A DNA stretch of 64,000 bases, taken from NCBI RefSeq assembly GCF_022045235.1, contig NW_027266266.1, positions 4,340,001-4,404,000 of the forward strand. Direction: 5' to 3'. Positions 1 to 10,884 of the stretch are shown here, piece after piece. Under the pieces are notes generated by a model, which saw only the letters and a list, made by a program, of their open reading frames with translations, searched no databases and was not told the DNA's origin. The translations under genes and the position numbers were made by a program. Numbering within the stretch: position 1 is the first letter of the stretch; the number at the start of each line of letters is the position of its first letter. The DNA is from Haliotis cracherodii (Eukaryota).

Positions 1-622
1 CTGTACACTCACCGTAGAGAGCTTGGATACCCCTGATAGCTGGACACTCACCGTAGAGAGCCTGAATGCCCCTGGTAGCAGTACACTCACCATAGAGAGC
101 TTGGATACCCCTGATAGCTGTACACTCACCATAGAGAGCTTGAATGCCCCTGATAGCTGTACACTCACCGTAGAGAGCCTGAATGCCCCTGGTAGCTGGA
201 CACTCACCATAGAGAGCCTGGATGCCCCTGGTAGCTGTACACTCACCGTAGAGAGCCTGAATGCCCCTGATAGCTGTACACTCACCATAGAGAGCCTGAA
301 TGCCCCTGGTAGCTGTACACTCACCATAGAGAGCCTGAATGCCCCTGGTAGCTGTACACTCACAGTAGAGAGCCTGAATGCCCCTGATAGCTGTACACTC
401 ACCATAGAGAGCCTGGATGCCCCTGGTAGCTGTACACTCACCGTAGAGAGCCTGAATGCCCCTGGTAGCTGTACACTCACCATAGAGAGCCTGGATGCCC
501 CTGGTAGCTGTACACTCACCATAGAGAGCCTGAATGCCCCTGATAGCTGTACACTCACCATAGAGAGCCTGAATGCCCCTGATAGCTGTACACTCACCGT
601 AGAGTGCTTGGATACCCCTGAT
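1..622 (-). repeat. 39-bp minisatellite (about 16 copies, truncated by window edge) amplifying the MMP exon end plus splice donor
   Basis: Unit on minus strand GCTATCAGGGGTATCCAAGCTCTCTACG|GTGAGTGTACA, derived from the exon end IRGIQALYG plus gtgagt. Confidence 0.95.
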
Positions 623-753
623 GTCGTCCTGTGTGAGCGGACTGTCTGTACACTGTCGCACCCAAGGCCACATGATGGCGCCCTTCTCCCTGGAATGTTG
701 TAGACCGAGACTGTGCCCAATCTCATGGACGCCAACACAGAATATGTCCTCCC
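598..753 (-). CDS. Matrix metalloproteinase (M10A) exon: zinc-binding helix, Met-turn and end of catalytic domain; gene continues beyond window start
   Basis: Hand translation EDIFCVGVHEIGHSLGLQHSREKGAIMWPWVRQCTDSPLTQDDIRGIQALYG contains HExxHxxGxxH, the AIMxP Met-turn and DDIxGIQxLYG. Acceptor ttcag, donor G|gtgagt, 156 bp, phase 1 to 1. Confidence 0.96.
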
Positions 754-849
754 CTGAAGATAGAAATTGTACAAACATTTCATGGAAAAGTAATGGATTC
801 TTTCCGCAAAAAACTGTTCGATCCGGCATATGTTGGTTATTCCACCTAC

Positions 850-1075
850 TGTTTGGAATGTTTCCCTCAGTCGTCCACGGCTCGTCATCGTCAAAGTGGA
901 CATCGCCGTTGAGACCACGTCTGCTGTCACCTGGGAAGTACGCATGCGCCAAAGTGTTTCCTTTTCCGTCAAATGGTGCCCTGTCTCCATGGTAACCGCT
1001 GTTGAACTGGATGACGATGTCGACGTTACAGTGGGGCAGTTGGGTGAAGGTCAGAGAACTGACGTCGGACCATAT
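850..1075 (-). CDS. MMP catalytic-domain exon (structural Zn/Ca ligands)
   Basis: IWSDVSSLTFTQLPHCNVDIVIQFNSGYHGDRAPFDGKGNTLAHAYFPGDSRRGLNGDVHFDDDEPWT; tatag acceptor, A|gtaggt donor, 226 bp. Confidence 0.96.
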
Positions 1076-1276
1076 CTATAGTAGACAGGTAGATATACAT
1101 CCACTCATTAGACAGTAAACGCGTAAGTAGCATTGTGACAGAAACAATGATTATGCATAGATGATAATGATGTGAGAGAAATAAATAAATGATCTGGGTG
1201 AGATAAATATAAAACTGGACCACAACAAAACGAATCTTGTTCGTTCTGATTACCTCTGCCTTGCCTATCATGGTAG

Positions 1277-1624
1277 GTGAGGTGAGGTGAAATGGGGTTT
1301 AACGTCGCGTCCAAGATTATTGCACTTATATAGCGACGGGCATGCACGTCTATGTGTGTGTGTGGCTGCTTGTACTAGTCCGGACTGATGCCGATTTATA
1401 GTGCTAGCACACTGAGATACCATGCTGCAGTTTAACATGAATACCCCACTCAGACACAGTACACTGTCTCCGAGCCGACCAGTCCTTGTTTCAGACCCTT
1501 AATGTCGAGCGCCAGACAGGGTAACAACAAATACCATCTTTAAATGTCTTTTGGTATGACGCGGCTGGGGATCGAACCCCGGACCTTCCGCTCTCCAGGC
1601 GGACGCTCTACCTTAGACCACGGA
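1277..1624 (-). mobile_element. tRNA-derived SINE with Meta-domain-like core (family C), near full length with TSD
   Basis: A/B-box head, core GTCATACCAAAAGAC..AAAGATGGTA.TTGTTGTTACCCTG, (CCTCA)n tail; 14-bp TSD GCCTATCATGGTAG (1263-1276 and 1625-1638). Other copies at about 13447-13915, 20345-20580, 32322-32492, 40505-40905, 47905-48205, 48731-49003, 61797-62130. Confidence 0.85.
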
Positions 1625-2514
1625 GCCTATCATGGTAGTGTCTCTGTTAGTAATGATATCAAATTACTAGTTTAGTTTGAAGACTGGTGTAACGCTGCGA
1701 ACGCTTTGTAGAGCTTTTCATGATAAGCGTTGTCATTGATAGACTTCAAACTTCCGTCTCCAACATATGAGTCAGTAAAGCGTATTGGTCCTGTAAATCT
1801 TGAAGACATGACTTCAAGATATGGTCCTGCGAACCAACGTCGTTCATCCGATCAACTTCTCCTTGATGTTCATGTCTATCAAATGTCAACTAAAACACTT
1901 TCCCTTCATCAGCTGGATCTCTGAATCCCCTCCCACTGACCCCGAAAACTGCTCCCTCTCTTTCTGCTTTTAAATCGGGATGGAAAACTTAAAATAATAA
2001 AGACAGTCCAAATAACAAATGTCAGCTTTTGGGCGCCATGGTGGCCAAATCGTTTTAAGCTTCAGCAGAGCAAGAAACCCTTGGTCGCGGGTTTCATTCC
2101 AGGTTTGGCCTGAAAATGTTTCCAGGTTTGTCAGGACCATACCCATGCTCATGGGTTTCTCCACTGTGGACGACGTTTACGACCTGTATCAGTTCGAGCT
2201 TTGATATAACTGAACTACAGTAACCTTGCCCCGAATAGGGATGAGAATCGCTTCCATGACTTATGTTTGAAGCAAGCGTCGACGAAGCTAGATCGGGTGG
2301 TCAAACCCATTTGCTTGGTTCATTGCGACTTCGCGATCGTGCCTTGGTCAGACTCAATTACATGGATCGATGCTCGTGCTTTAGCCACTGCTTTTACTCG
2401 TCCATATTCAAGCATATTGGCTTTACTACAGCGTAAAACGACATTCACACACTCAAACCCAACTCACGCACTCGATAATTTACGTAGACACCACATAGGC
2501 ATGCAAGATGTACC

Positions 2515-3097
2515 ACCTTAAACGTACAAGAAGCTTTACCTTAAACGTGCAATACGCTTTACCTTAAACGTGCAATAGGCTTTACCTTAAACGTGCAATA
2601 GGCTTTACCTTAAAAATGCAGACGCTTTACTTGAAACGTGCAATGCGCTTTACCTTAAACATGCAATACGCTTTACCTTAAACGTGCAATACGCTTTACC
2701 TTAAACTTGCAATACGCTTTACATCAAACGTGCAATACGCTTTACCTTAAACGTGCAAGACGTTTTACCTTAAACATTTAATACGCTTGAACTTAAACAT
2801 GCAATACGCTTTACCTTAAAAATGCAGACGCTTTACTTTAAACGTGCAATACGCTTTACCTTAAACATGCAATACGCTTTACCTTAAACGTGCAATACGC
2901 TTTACCTTAAACTTGCAATACGCTTTACATCAAACGTGCAATACGCTTTACCTTAAACGTGCAAGACGTTTTACCTTAAACATTTAATACGCTTGAACTT
3001 AAACATGCAATACGCTTTACCTTAAACATGCAATACGCTTTACCTTTAACGTGCAATACGCTTTACCTTAAACATGCAAGACGCATTACCTTAAACG
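2515..3097 (-). repeat. 23-bp minisatellite (about 25 copies) amplifying the MMP exon-end/donor junction
   Basis: Unit on minus strand GTAAAGCGTATTGCACGTTTAAG, beginning at the GCGTTTAAG|gtaatg junction of exon 3090-3196. Confidence 0.93.
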
Positions 3098-3196
3098 CTT
3101 TGGCCAGCACCCGGTCCACCCCGGAATGTGTTGTGTCGGGTGCGAGCGGGTATGTTCTCACGCAGTACGTCAGGTTTGTATGCTTCCATCGAGTAT
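3090..3196 (-). CDS. MMP exon, start of catalytic domain
   Basis: TRWKHTNLTYCVRTYPLAPDTTHSGVDRVLAKAFK; catag acceptor, AAG|gtaatg donor; phases fit the flanking exons. Confidence 0.93.
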
Positions 3197-3736
3197 CTAT
3201 GGCAATGTTTACGGACGTTATTAATAGGTATTATATCATCTACATCACACACTGATTGCTTTGACATAAACATATGTTTATTGTGACGTATTTCACAATG
3301 CAGCTCCGATTTAAGTGAATCATGAAGTGTAGAGATTTGCGGTGATGTGGTGATTTGCGGTCATAGACGTATTCTGGAATTAACAATATGTAAAAAAAAA
3401 AAAAATACGAAAAAAAAGAAAAAGCTTAAAAGGCAATGTGAAACAAAATAATTCAATAATTGCTGGTTATCGAGCAGATTTTTCATGTGTTTATGTGTAC
3501 TACTTTCCTGGGGCGTATAGTTAAGGCGTTGGCTCGTCACGCCCAAGATTCTGGCTCAATTCCCAACATCCACGTTTTGGTGTCCCCGGTCGACATATTG
3601 CTGATGAAATATTGCTAAAAGCGGAGTACAATCACACTCACTCACTCAATCAATCTGCTACTGTCTGTGCTATCACGTCTCCAACTACTATAACTGTAAC
3701 CTCATCTACCTCAAATACTGTCTCTTCATCGTGCTA

Positions 3737-3895
3737 GGGGCGGTGGGATTGCCCAGTGGTTAAAACCTTCGCTCGTCACGCCGAAGACCCGGGTACGATT
3801 CCCGACATGGGTACAATGTGTGAAGCCAATTTCTGGTGTCTCCCGCCGTGATATTTCTGGAATACTGTTAAAAGCGGCGTAAAACCATGCTCACT
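3737..3895 (+). mobile_element. tRNA-derived SINE family A (tRNA-Asp-like head)
   Basis: A-box AGTGGTTAA, GTC anticodon-like loop, B-box GGTTCGATTCC-like, tail CGCCGTGATATT.CTGGAATA.TG.TAAAAGCGGCGTAAAA and (ACTC)n. Other copies at about 13510-13677, 17690-17772, 22456-22598, 31423-31588, 39963-40070, 55985-56150. Confidence 0.85.
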
Positions 3896-3928
3896 CTTTT
3901 TGTTTCTTTCTTTGTTTGTTGTTTAACG

Positions 3929-4187
3929 GGGGCACGGGTGGCCCAGTCGTCTAAGGCGCCGCAATTCGCTGTGCCGAGTTGCGTCCCTTGAGCAAGCCAG
4001 AAACCTATAATTGTTGGTTCGAATTCCGGTTCACCCCGATTATGTTGCTAGGTTTGTCAGCACCATACTCGTGCTCGTGGGTTTTACCGAAGTGGTAAAC
4101 GTCGAAGACTTGCATCACTTCTGGCTCACACGCCGCGATATAACTGGAATACTGTTAAAATCGGCGTTAAACCCAACTCACTCACTC
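3929..4187 (+). mobile_element. tRNA-derived SINE family B (Leu-like head, V-domain-like body)
   Basis: GGTGGCCCAGTCGTCTAAGGCG...GGTTCGAAT.CC head; CGTGGGTTT...TTTCCTCCCAC body in fuller copies; (ACTC)n tail. Other copies at about 5635-5905(-), 10327-10595(-), 21557-21963, 25203-25468, 47289-47517 (TSD CTGGTATGGTA), 49690-49870(-), 52461-52727, 63300-63512(-). Confidence 0.8.
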
Positions 4188-5021
4188 AATGTTGTTTAAC
4201 GCTGCACATATGGTGGCGATCTATAAACAAGAGTCTGGATCAGACAATCCAGTGATTGACATTATGAGTATCTATCTACGCAACTGGGATATGATGACAT
4301 GCATCAACCAAGTCAGCGAGCATGACCAACCGATCCTGTGAGACAAACATGGCTTGCTGAAGACCAATTCTAACCCGGATCTTCACGGGAATCTGCTGTT
4401 CTCCCGCGGTTCACTTGATCTCTGTATGGTTGCAATACTGCCTATGTAACTTGTTATACTTTCTGTCCTGGTTTGTCTGGTCCAGATTCGATTAATTCCA
4501 GATGTGTTATAGTTTACTACGGCATTAGACAACATTCACTCATGCACTCACTACTGACAGTAAAAGGACGACGATTTATACGACCACTCCTTCCACTCGA
4601 CAATTAAGGTCGACAAGTAAGGTACATTATTATATTATACCGGCATTTCTAATGACGAGTTTGACTTAAAGATGTGTATACGTATCTATGGAGTACTGTT
4701 ATGTACATTGTCATGTGACTGAGAGGATGAAGAAAGTGTGAAAACACGGGGATACAAGATCGCGACATTTGATGGGTCATGGCATTTCCGCACTTTCAAC
4801 ATATTTGTATGTTTACGAAAGGTCGAGGTCGCACAAACCGAGAACGCGATGTTGACCCTTAAAGGAGGGCCGAGAGGAAACATTGCTTCATTACCCTACG
4901 TCAAGATTTTATCAAGTAGTAGAATATCTTGTGGTCAGTACTGATGACTGTCTGCAGCACTGACCCGTGATTTCGGGGGACGATGAAGCACAGTCAGCCA
5001 GGTTACTGCTCCGAGTGTATC

Positions 5022-5622
5022 CGTGATGGTCAACCATCTATACCATTCATGATAGTCAACCATCTACACCATCCACGATGGTCAACCATCTATACCATCC
5101 ATGATATTCAACCATCTATACCATCCATGATAGTCAACCATCTATACCATCCATGATAGTCAACCATCTATATCATCCATGATAGTCAACCATCTACACC
5201 ATCCACGATGGTCAACCATCTATACCATCCACGATGGTCAACCATCTATACCATCCACGATATTCAACCATCTGTACCTCCCATGATAGTCAACCATCTA
5301 TACCATCCATATTAGTCAACCATCTATACCTCCCATGATAGTCAACCATCTATACCATCCATATTAGTCAACCATCTATACCTCTCATGATAGTCAACCA
5401 TCTATACCATCCATGATAGTCAACCATCTACACCATCCATGATAGTCAACCATCTATACCATCCATGATAGTAAACCATCTATACCATCCATGATAGTCA
5501 GCCATCTATACCATCGATGATAGTAAACCATCTATACCATCCATGATAGTCAACATCTATACCATCCATGACAGTCAACCATGTATACCATCCATGATAG
5601 TCAACCATCTATACCATCCATC
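5022..5622. repeat. 26-bp intronic minisatellite (about 23 copies)
   Basis: Unit CAACCATCTATACCATCCATGATAGT, period 26 (5031 to 5057). Confidence 0.95.
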
Positions 5623-6006
5623 ACTAATTTTCAAGTGAGTGAGTGGGTTGTGTTTAATACAACTTTTACGTTTTTAAGAGTATTCTAGTAATATAATCGC
5701 GTGTCAACTTAATGTGGGAGGAAATTGATGGTCTTAGATGTTTACAGCTTTGGTGAAACCAACAAGCACGGGCAGGGTGCTGACAAACCTAGAAACATAA
5801 TCAGAGCGAACAGGGATTCGGGCCCACAATCATAGGTTACTGTGGTGGCCAAAGGCGCAACTCGGTACAGCGAATTGCAGCACCGAGACAACTGCCCACC
5901 CGTGCCCCATGTTTGTTGAGAGACGATATCCAAGAGGTCATTTGTACGCCACATATATACGAGATTGCGTCATACTAATATAAAGAAAATAAAATTCTAT
6001 ACGTAC

Positions 6007-6117
6007 CATCTAGGACATATCGCTTTATTCTCGATGACGTCACAACGAACCGGATTATGTCGGGCACGCCACACCGCTTCCGGTTTATCATGTTGAGGGT
6101 TTCGTCATTGAGACGAC
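6007..6117 (-). CDS. MMP propeptide exon with cysteine switch and furin-type site
   Basis: GRLNDETLNMINRKRCGVPDIIRFVVTSSRIKRYVLD: RCGVPD switch and RIKR; ttgcag acceptor, G|gtacgt donor. Confidence 0.95.
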
Positions 6118-6574
6118 CTGCAACAAGGCATTGAAACCTCGTCAGTCGACCCGGACCCAACAAAAGCGTCACAGTCAGACAGATAGTCACATAGTCATAA
6201 TAACTAATGTCTTGGTTCCTAGCTTCCACTGCAGGCCCGTAGGACCAAGGGGGCTTGGGGTGGGGATGGGATGGGGTGGGGTCGCGAATGGGGGTGGGGT
6301 GGGTCGTATATTCCCTGCAATATTATCATTGCAAGGGATGAAACAATATATGAATATTCTTTATCCTGCTTTGAATATATAATACATGCACATAACTAGG
6401 GGACATTACGAAGTATCTGTCCCAACCATTATCGATTGACCTACAATGTGGGTTCCCGGTCAGAAACATGAGACGCATGTGACGTCATTACAATGAATGA
6501 CGTCATCATTAATTATTTATTTGTACCCATACATGGTCACATAAATATATAATATCAAGAATTTGCTCCAATAT

Positions 6575-7780
6575 ATTAGACGTCAACGTCAGAGAATGGT
6601 TAGACTGGATTATCTGCTGAAACAGATTCCTCGTTGGCAAGATAGTGATGAGAATTATTGTAATGGATCGTTTAGCAAGCAATCAAGCAGCAGAACGTTG
6701 CGTGATGTAGCCAATTTCTCAAAGGGTTTGCTTGAGTTTTCACAATCTCAGACAAAAACCGGGATCAATTCTGTAAAACACATTTGATTTTTCAACTGTG
6801 TACACAACTATCCAACATGACAAACTTTATAAAGTCCTTGATCCTTGGGGCATTTGTTACAAAACGTGGTGACCATAGACACAGTTGCATATCTATCTGC
6901 AGAGGTTCAGGTCAGTTTGTCAAAACATGAAAGCAAATGCCATCTAAAATTCACAAAGAATTTTTATTGTGAAACGCTGGACTTCCTAATTTATAACGTC
7001 TGTGTAAAATGTTTGGGTTAGACATTTTGGCAAGAAGAAGGCATCCAATGGGCACCAATTGTGTTCTCCTTCTTGCTGATCTGTTTCTTTATGCACATGA
7101 ATCAGAATATCTGCTGGGACAGGCAAAGTCTAAACAAGGTAATTTTGCGAAGAAGTTTAAATTTAGCTTCAGGTGTATCGCTCAATAACCAGCAAATAGC
7201 CAATTCCCTTCCCTTGATTTACCCAAATGAACCAGATATAAAGGAGACAAGTGAGCCCGCCAAATCTGTTTCATAGTTAGATCTTTGCATGAATATTCAA
7301 AGTTACAAAACTCTCCATACTTCATGACAAGAGGGATAACTTCAACTTTCCAATTATCAACTTTCCCTTTAAGTCGAGCAATATTCCTGCAGCTCCAGCC
7401 ATTTGTGTCTACAATTCACAACGTTTGAGGTACAATCGAGTATGCATACCAATATTACAAAGAGCGTCATACGACTCTTGCTCAGAAATTGTTCGATCAA
7501 GGTCACAACATTCAAGGACTCAGTAAAGCTTTCCAAAACTTTTAAAGATAGACATGTGGAGTACATTTCTAGGTGAACAATTGACATGCCTTTGCATGTG
7601 CGACGGGTGGGGCAGGATACCCTCACCTTTTCACGAACACCTGGTATCCTCACTATTTGATAGTGATTCATAAACACATGCTCATGATATAGTCGGAATC
7701 GCACACTTGACTCCTTGTTTCGGCAGAGATTTCTTAAGGAATATTTAAAGGGTTTTGTCGCTTTATTTAGTGAGCCTTAC
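6575..7780 (+). mobile_element. Decayed Penelope-like element reverse transcriptase relic (in MMP intron)
   Basis: Frameshifted remnants SVKTFDFST, GIxMGTNC..LLADLF, IYPxExxIKETSE..KSVS.LDL, DKRDNFNFPIINFP..SSNIP, typical of PLE RT and thumb regions. Confidence 0.75.
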
Positions 7781-8042
7781 TGATAATAATTCGAGATTCA
7801 TGTAGTTTTTTCCATATCTTACTCATGTAAGTTTTTAGTGCTAGATAGGTCAAGACTATAAAAACTCGTCATTGAATTTATTGTTCCAATGATGTAACGT
7901 TACCAATTTGACCATTAACACTGTGACGTCAGATTAGATCGCCTGTCCAACCAGCTTTGATAATTAGTAAAGTGCAAATATCAGAGTTAATACGCCCAGT
8001 CGTTGGACCCTTATGAGTATCAGTCATATATACATTACTTAC

Positions 8043-8151
8043 CTGTAAGCTGGAGATGCGCGCGTCGCTGAAACTCTGCTATAGCATCAGGGAATGAACC
8101 AGGAAGCCATGGAAACCGTGTCATCAGGTAACCATAGTGATAGAGGTAGTT
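8043..8151 (-). CDS. MMP prodomain (PG-binding-like) exon
   Basis: NYLYHYGYLMTRFPWLPGSFPDAIAEFQRRAHLQLTG matches the YLxxYGYL...AIxxFQ...LxxTG prodomain pattern; ccaag acceptor, G|gtaagt donor. Confidence 0.93.
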
Positions 8152-8201
8152 CTTGGCGAAATAGAAAGGGGAAAATTATTGACCTCTATGAAACAAAAAA
8201 C

Positions 8202-8650
8202 TCATCTTCCCGAGGCAAGGGAGTTTACTGACTTAACGTAAAAGTCCAGTTTCCACCCTTGCCGAACCTGGCTGGAATTTCGGGGCTCGACCAGTGGCTA
8301 TTACGAGTTATGTCCCGTCTATGTCCCTCATGTTGACCAATCAGATTCTATCTCTCATATAAACTGCATTTGCTTCGAAAACAAATGCAGCGCCCAGTCA
8401 ATAGATCTATATTGTAATAAAACGCGACGTGCACAAAATCACGTTAGCACATTGATTAAAAACATGAAACGATTTGGAAAATATCTGTTGACGCCGAGTT
8501 GTCGGTACACATGCTTTGTAAACCGGATGTCGATTTCGTTACGCAACTCATTAGTCAAGCCAAAAGATAACTCCATAATTCCAGCCTAGTTCGGCAAGGG
8601 TAAAAACTGGACTTTTATAGTCAGTTAACTCTCTTGCCTCGGGAACATGA
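8202..8650. mobile_element. MITE-like element with about 75-bp terminal inverted repeats
   Basis: TCATCTTCCCGAGGCAAGGGAGTT..CAGTTTCCACCCTTGCCGAAC..GGCTGGAATT mirrored at 8577-8650; a partial second copy lies at about 51168-51450. Confidence 0.8.
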
Positions 8651-8874
8651 ACAATGCACGAACAAACATATAATTAACAGCTGCAGGTTGTTTTTTCAGT
8701 GACATGCAATTATCGGGAAAGTAGCATAATGTGCATTAAATCGTTAAAAACTAAACAGTCATTACTGTCTGACAATACTGGCAATATCAGGGAAGCATTT
8801 ACGAACATTTCTAAAACAGAAATTAAACATTATTCACGCTCAGTAAATTGATCCATGTGAAGGAAAGGACTCAC

Positions 8875-8979
8875 CACTACTCGAATATAATCCGCTGCAG
8901 TTATGCTAATTTCTGTGTTTATGCCATATATCGAAAAACACATAAATATCCCCAAAAGGAGCAAACTGTTATGCGACAT
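8875..8979 (-). CDS. MMP first coding exon (signal peptide)
   Basis: MSHNSLLLLGIFMCFSIYGINTEISITAADYIRVV|gtgagt, phase 0 into the next exon. The exon acceptor (tttcag) lies just above 9000. Confidence 0.85.
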
Positions 8980-9557
8980 CTTTGCCGTCTTGTTTTTCTC
9001 CTGAAAATGAACCGTTATGGGAGAGATGGTAAATGTTTACTTCGGCCAAACTAAAGGATAAGCGTTTCTTTTCTTAAATCAAATTGACAATTACTTCGTA
9101 CAAAGTAAACCCACTTATACAATGGTATGTGTGTTCTGTTCATCATTAGCTCTCAACGGAAGTACCGTACATCTATATTCAAATACAAGGGGCCAATTAA
9201 ACCGTTACGCGGTGACTTTACCTACAAGGAATGACAATCTATCGCTTTAAAGCTGGTTTCGTTAAACTGTATTAATGCTCAAGGCGAGCACGTGTTTTGT
9301 CCGGACACATTGTGAATGGTTGTGTATTCCCTTCTCTTCCTGCACCTGACGTGCACCTGCGTACTATACGTCACGGATTCTGCTGATCAGTCATAATTAT
9401 TTTCCTCGTTACTCGTGTGTTAAATAAATGCATTAAAAACCTCTGCAACCTTTTGGAAACAACGATTCGAATTATTTTACCTGGTTGGCTGATTTTTATG
9501 ACGTGATATGCATTTATTATCTCATAACAATTATGCTAGTATTCATAGTACTACAAG

Positions 9558-9765
9558 NNNNNNNNNNNNNNNNNNNNNNNNNNNNNNNNNNNNNNNNNNN
9601 NNNNNNNNNNNNNNNNNNNNNNNNNNNNNNNNNNNNNNNNNNNNNNNNNNNNNNNNNNNNNNNNNNNNNNNNNNNNNNNNNNNNNNNNNNNNNNNNNNNN
9701 NNNNNNNNNNNNNNNNNNNNNNNNNNNNNNNNNNNNNNNNNNNNNNNNNNNNNNNNNNNNNNNNN
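9558..9765. other. Assembly gap (N run)
   Basis: Run of N. Confidence 1.
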
Positions 9766-10680
9766 AGGTGGTGGTGGTCGTAAAATACTACTAATAATAA
9801 TTATTACTACTACACAAACACCTGGTGTCACAATTATCAGATTTTCCTTTGTGCCTCTCCGTTTTCTGTCACAGATTGTCCAACCGGGTATTCCCTGACT
9901 AAGATGAGTAGGCATTTTTAAATATCACCTATGCTTGAGTTGAAAGGTGACGCAGCAATCTCCACAATCTACTGAACACTTAGTAAAGGTGTCGGTATTC
10001 CTAAAGTTAGTTTGATCTTTACACACGTGGCCTTGCCTTATCCATTGTTGAGGTTTATCTGAAAAGGTCGAACGGATAATGGATTCGCTTTTCAGTTAGA
10101 CAATGTTGAGTTACTTTCAGCACATAACATGGTATGGTTAATGTAAACGTTACAATGCTTATTTACATTTTACTGACCATGCTCATGTGATAGCATTGGA
10201 ATGTTTTAAATCTTCAACGGTGGCCTGACCTATCTCATTTGAAGGTGTCTCATACTGTTGATTTTGTGCTAAATACATCCCATGCCAAGTAGAGATGTTT
10301 CGTGGGTGAGACAGTGAGAGGTATAGTGAGTGAGTGAGAAGGGTTTAACGCGGATTTTAACAGTATTCCAGTTATATCGAGGCGTGTCAACTTAACGTGG
10401 AGGGAAAGCCCGACGTGAGGCCAGTATCAGACGTTTACCACTTCGGTGAAACCCACGAGCACGGGTATGGTGCTAACAAACCTAGAAACATAATCGCGGC
10501 GAACCGGGATTCGAACCCACATTCATAGGTTTCTGGCGTGCCCAAGGGACGCAACTCGGCGCAGCGACTCGAGACGATTGGGCCACCCCTGCCCCACTGT
10601 GAGCGGTATAATTCAGTCGACCTGTTTATACCCATTACGATATAGTGGTAAGACTTACCTCTTGTTGTTGTCGTTTGCTG

Positions 10681-10884
10681 ATGAAATGTGTTTTTTTGGT
10701 ATATTTAAGAAATAAACGAGTGGGAGTTGTTTATGATACAATAGAACAATAAAACACCGCAGGGAGAATAAATCACGAGGGGCGCAGTACGATACATTTG
10801 GTCTAGATTATTCTCCCTGAAGTGTTCGATAAACAACTCCCACACGTGGATTATTTCTTAAATATAACAAAAAACACATTTCAT
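10681..10884. mobile_element. Small foldback/MITE
   Basis: ATGAAATGTGTTTTTTTGGTATATTTAAGAAATAA..GTGGGAGTTGTTTAT inverted against ATAAACAACTCCCAC..TTATTTCTTAAATATAACAAAAAACACATTTCAT. Confidence 0.75.

Noticed and set aside
23-703. 226-aa plus-strand repetitive ORF
   Set aside because: Antisense shadow of the 39-bp array and the MMP exon; non-ATG start, and unit variants are non-synonymous in this frame.
5022-5622. 26-bp array as a third splice-donor amplification
   Set aside because: It contains GATG|GTATAG on the minus strand but lies about 390 bp from the exon end at 6007, and the similarity is only a few bases.
1-5622. Tandem arrays as CRISPR
   Set aside because: No unique spacers, no cas genes, eukaryotic context.
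9485-9915. ORFs spanning N runs (also 23618-24027)
   Set aside because: Artefacts of assembly gaps.
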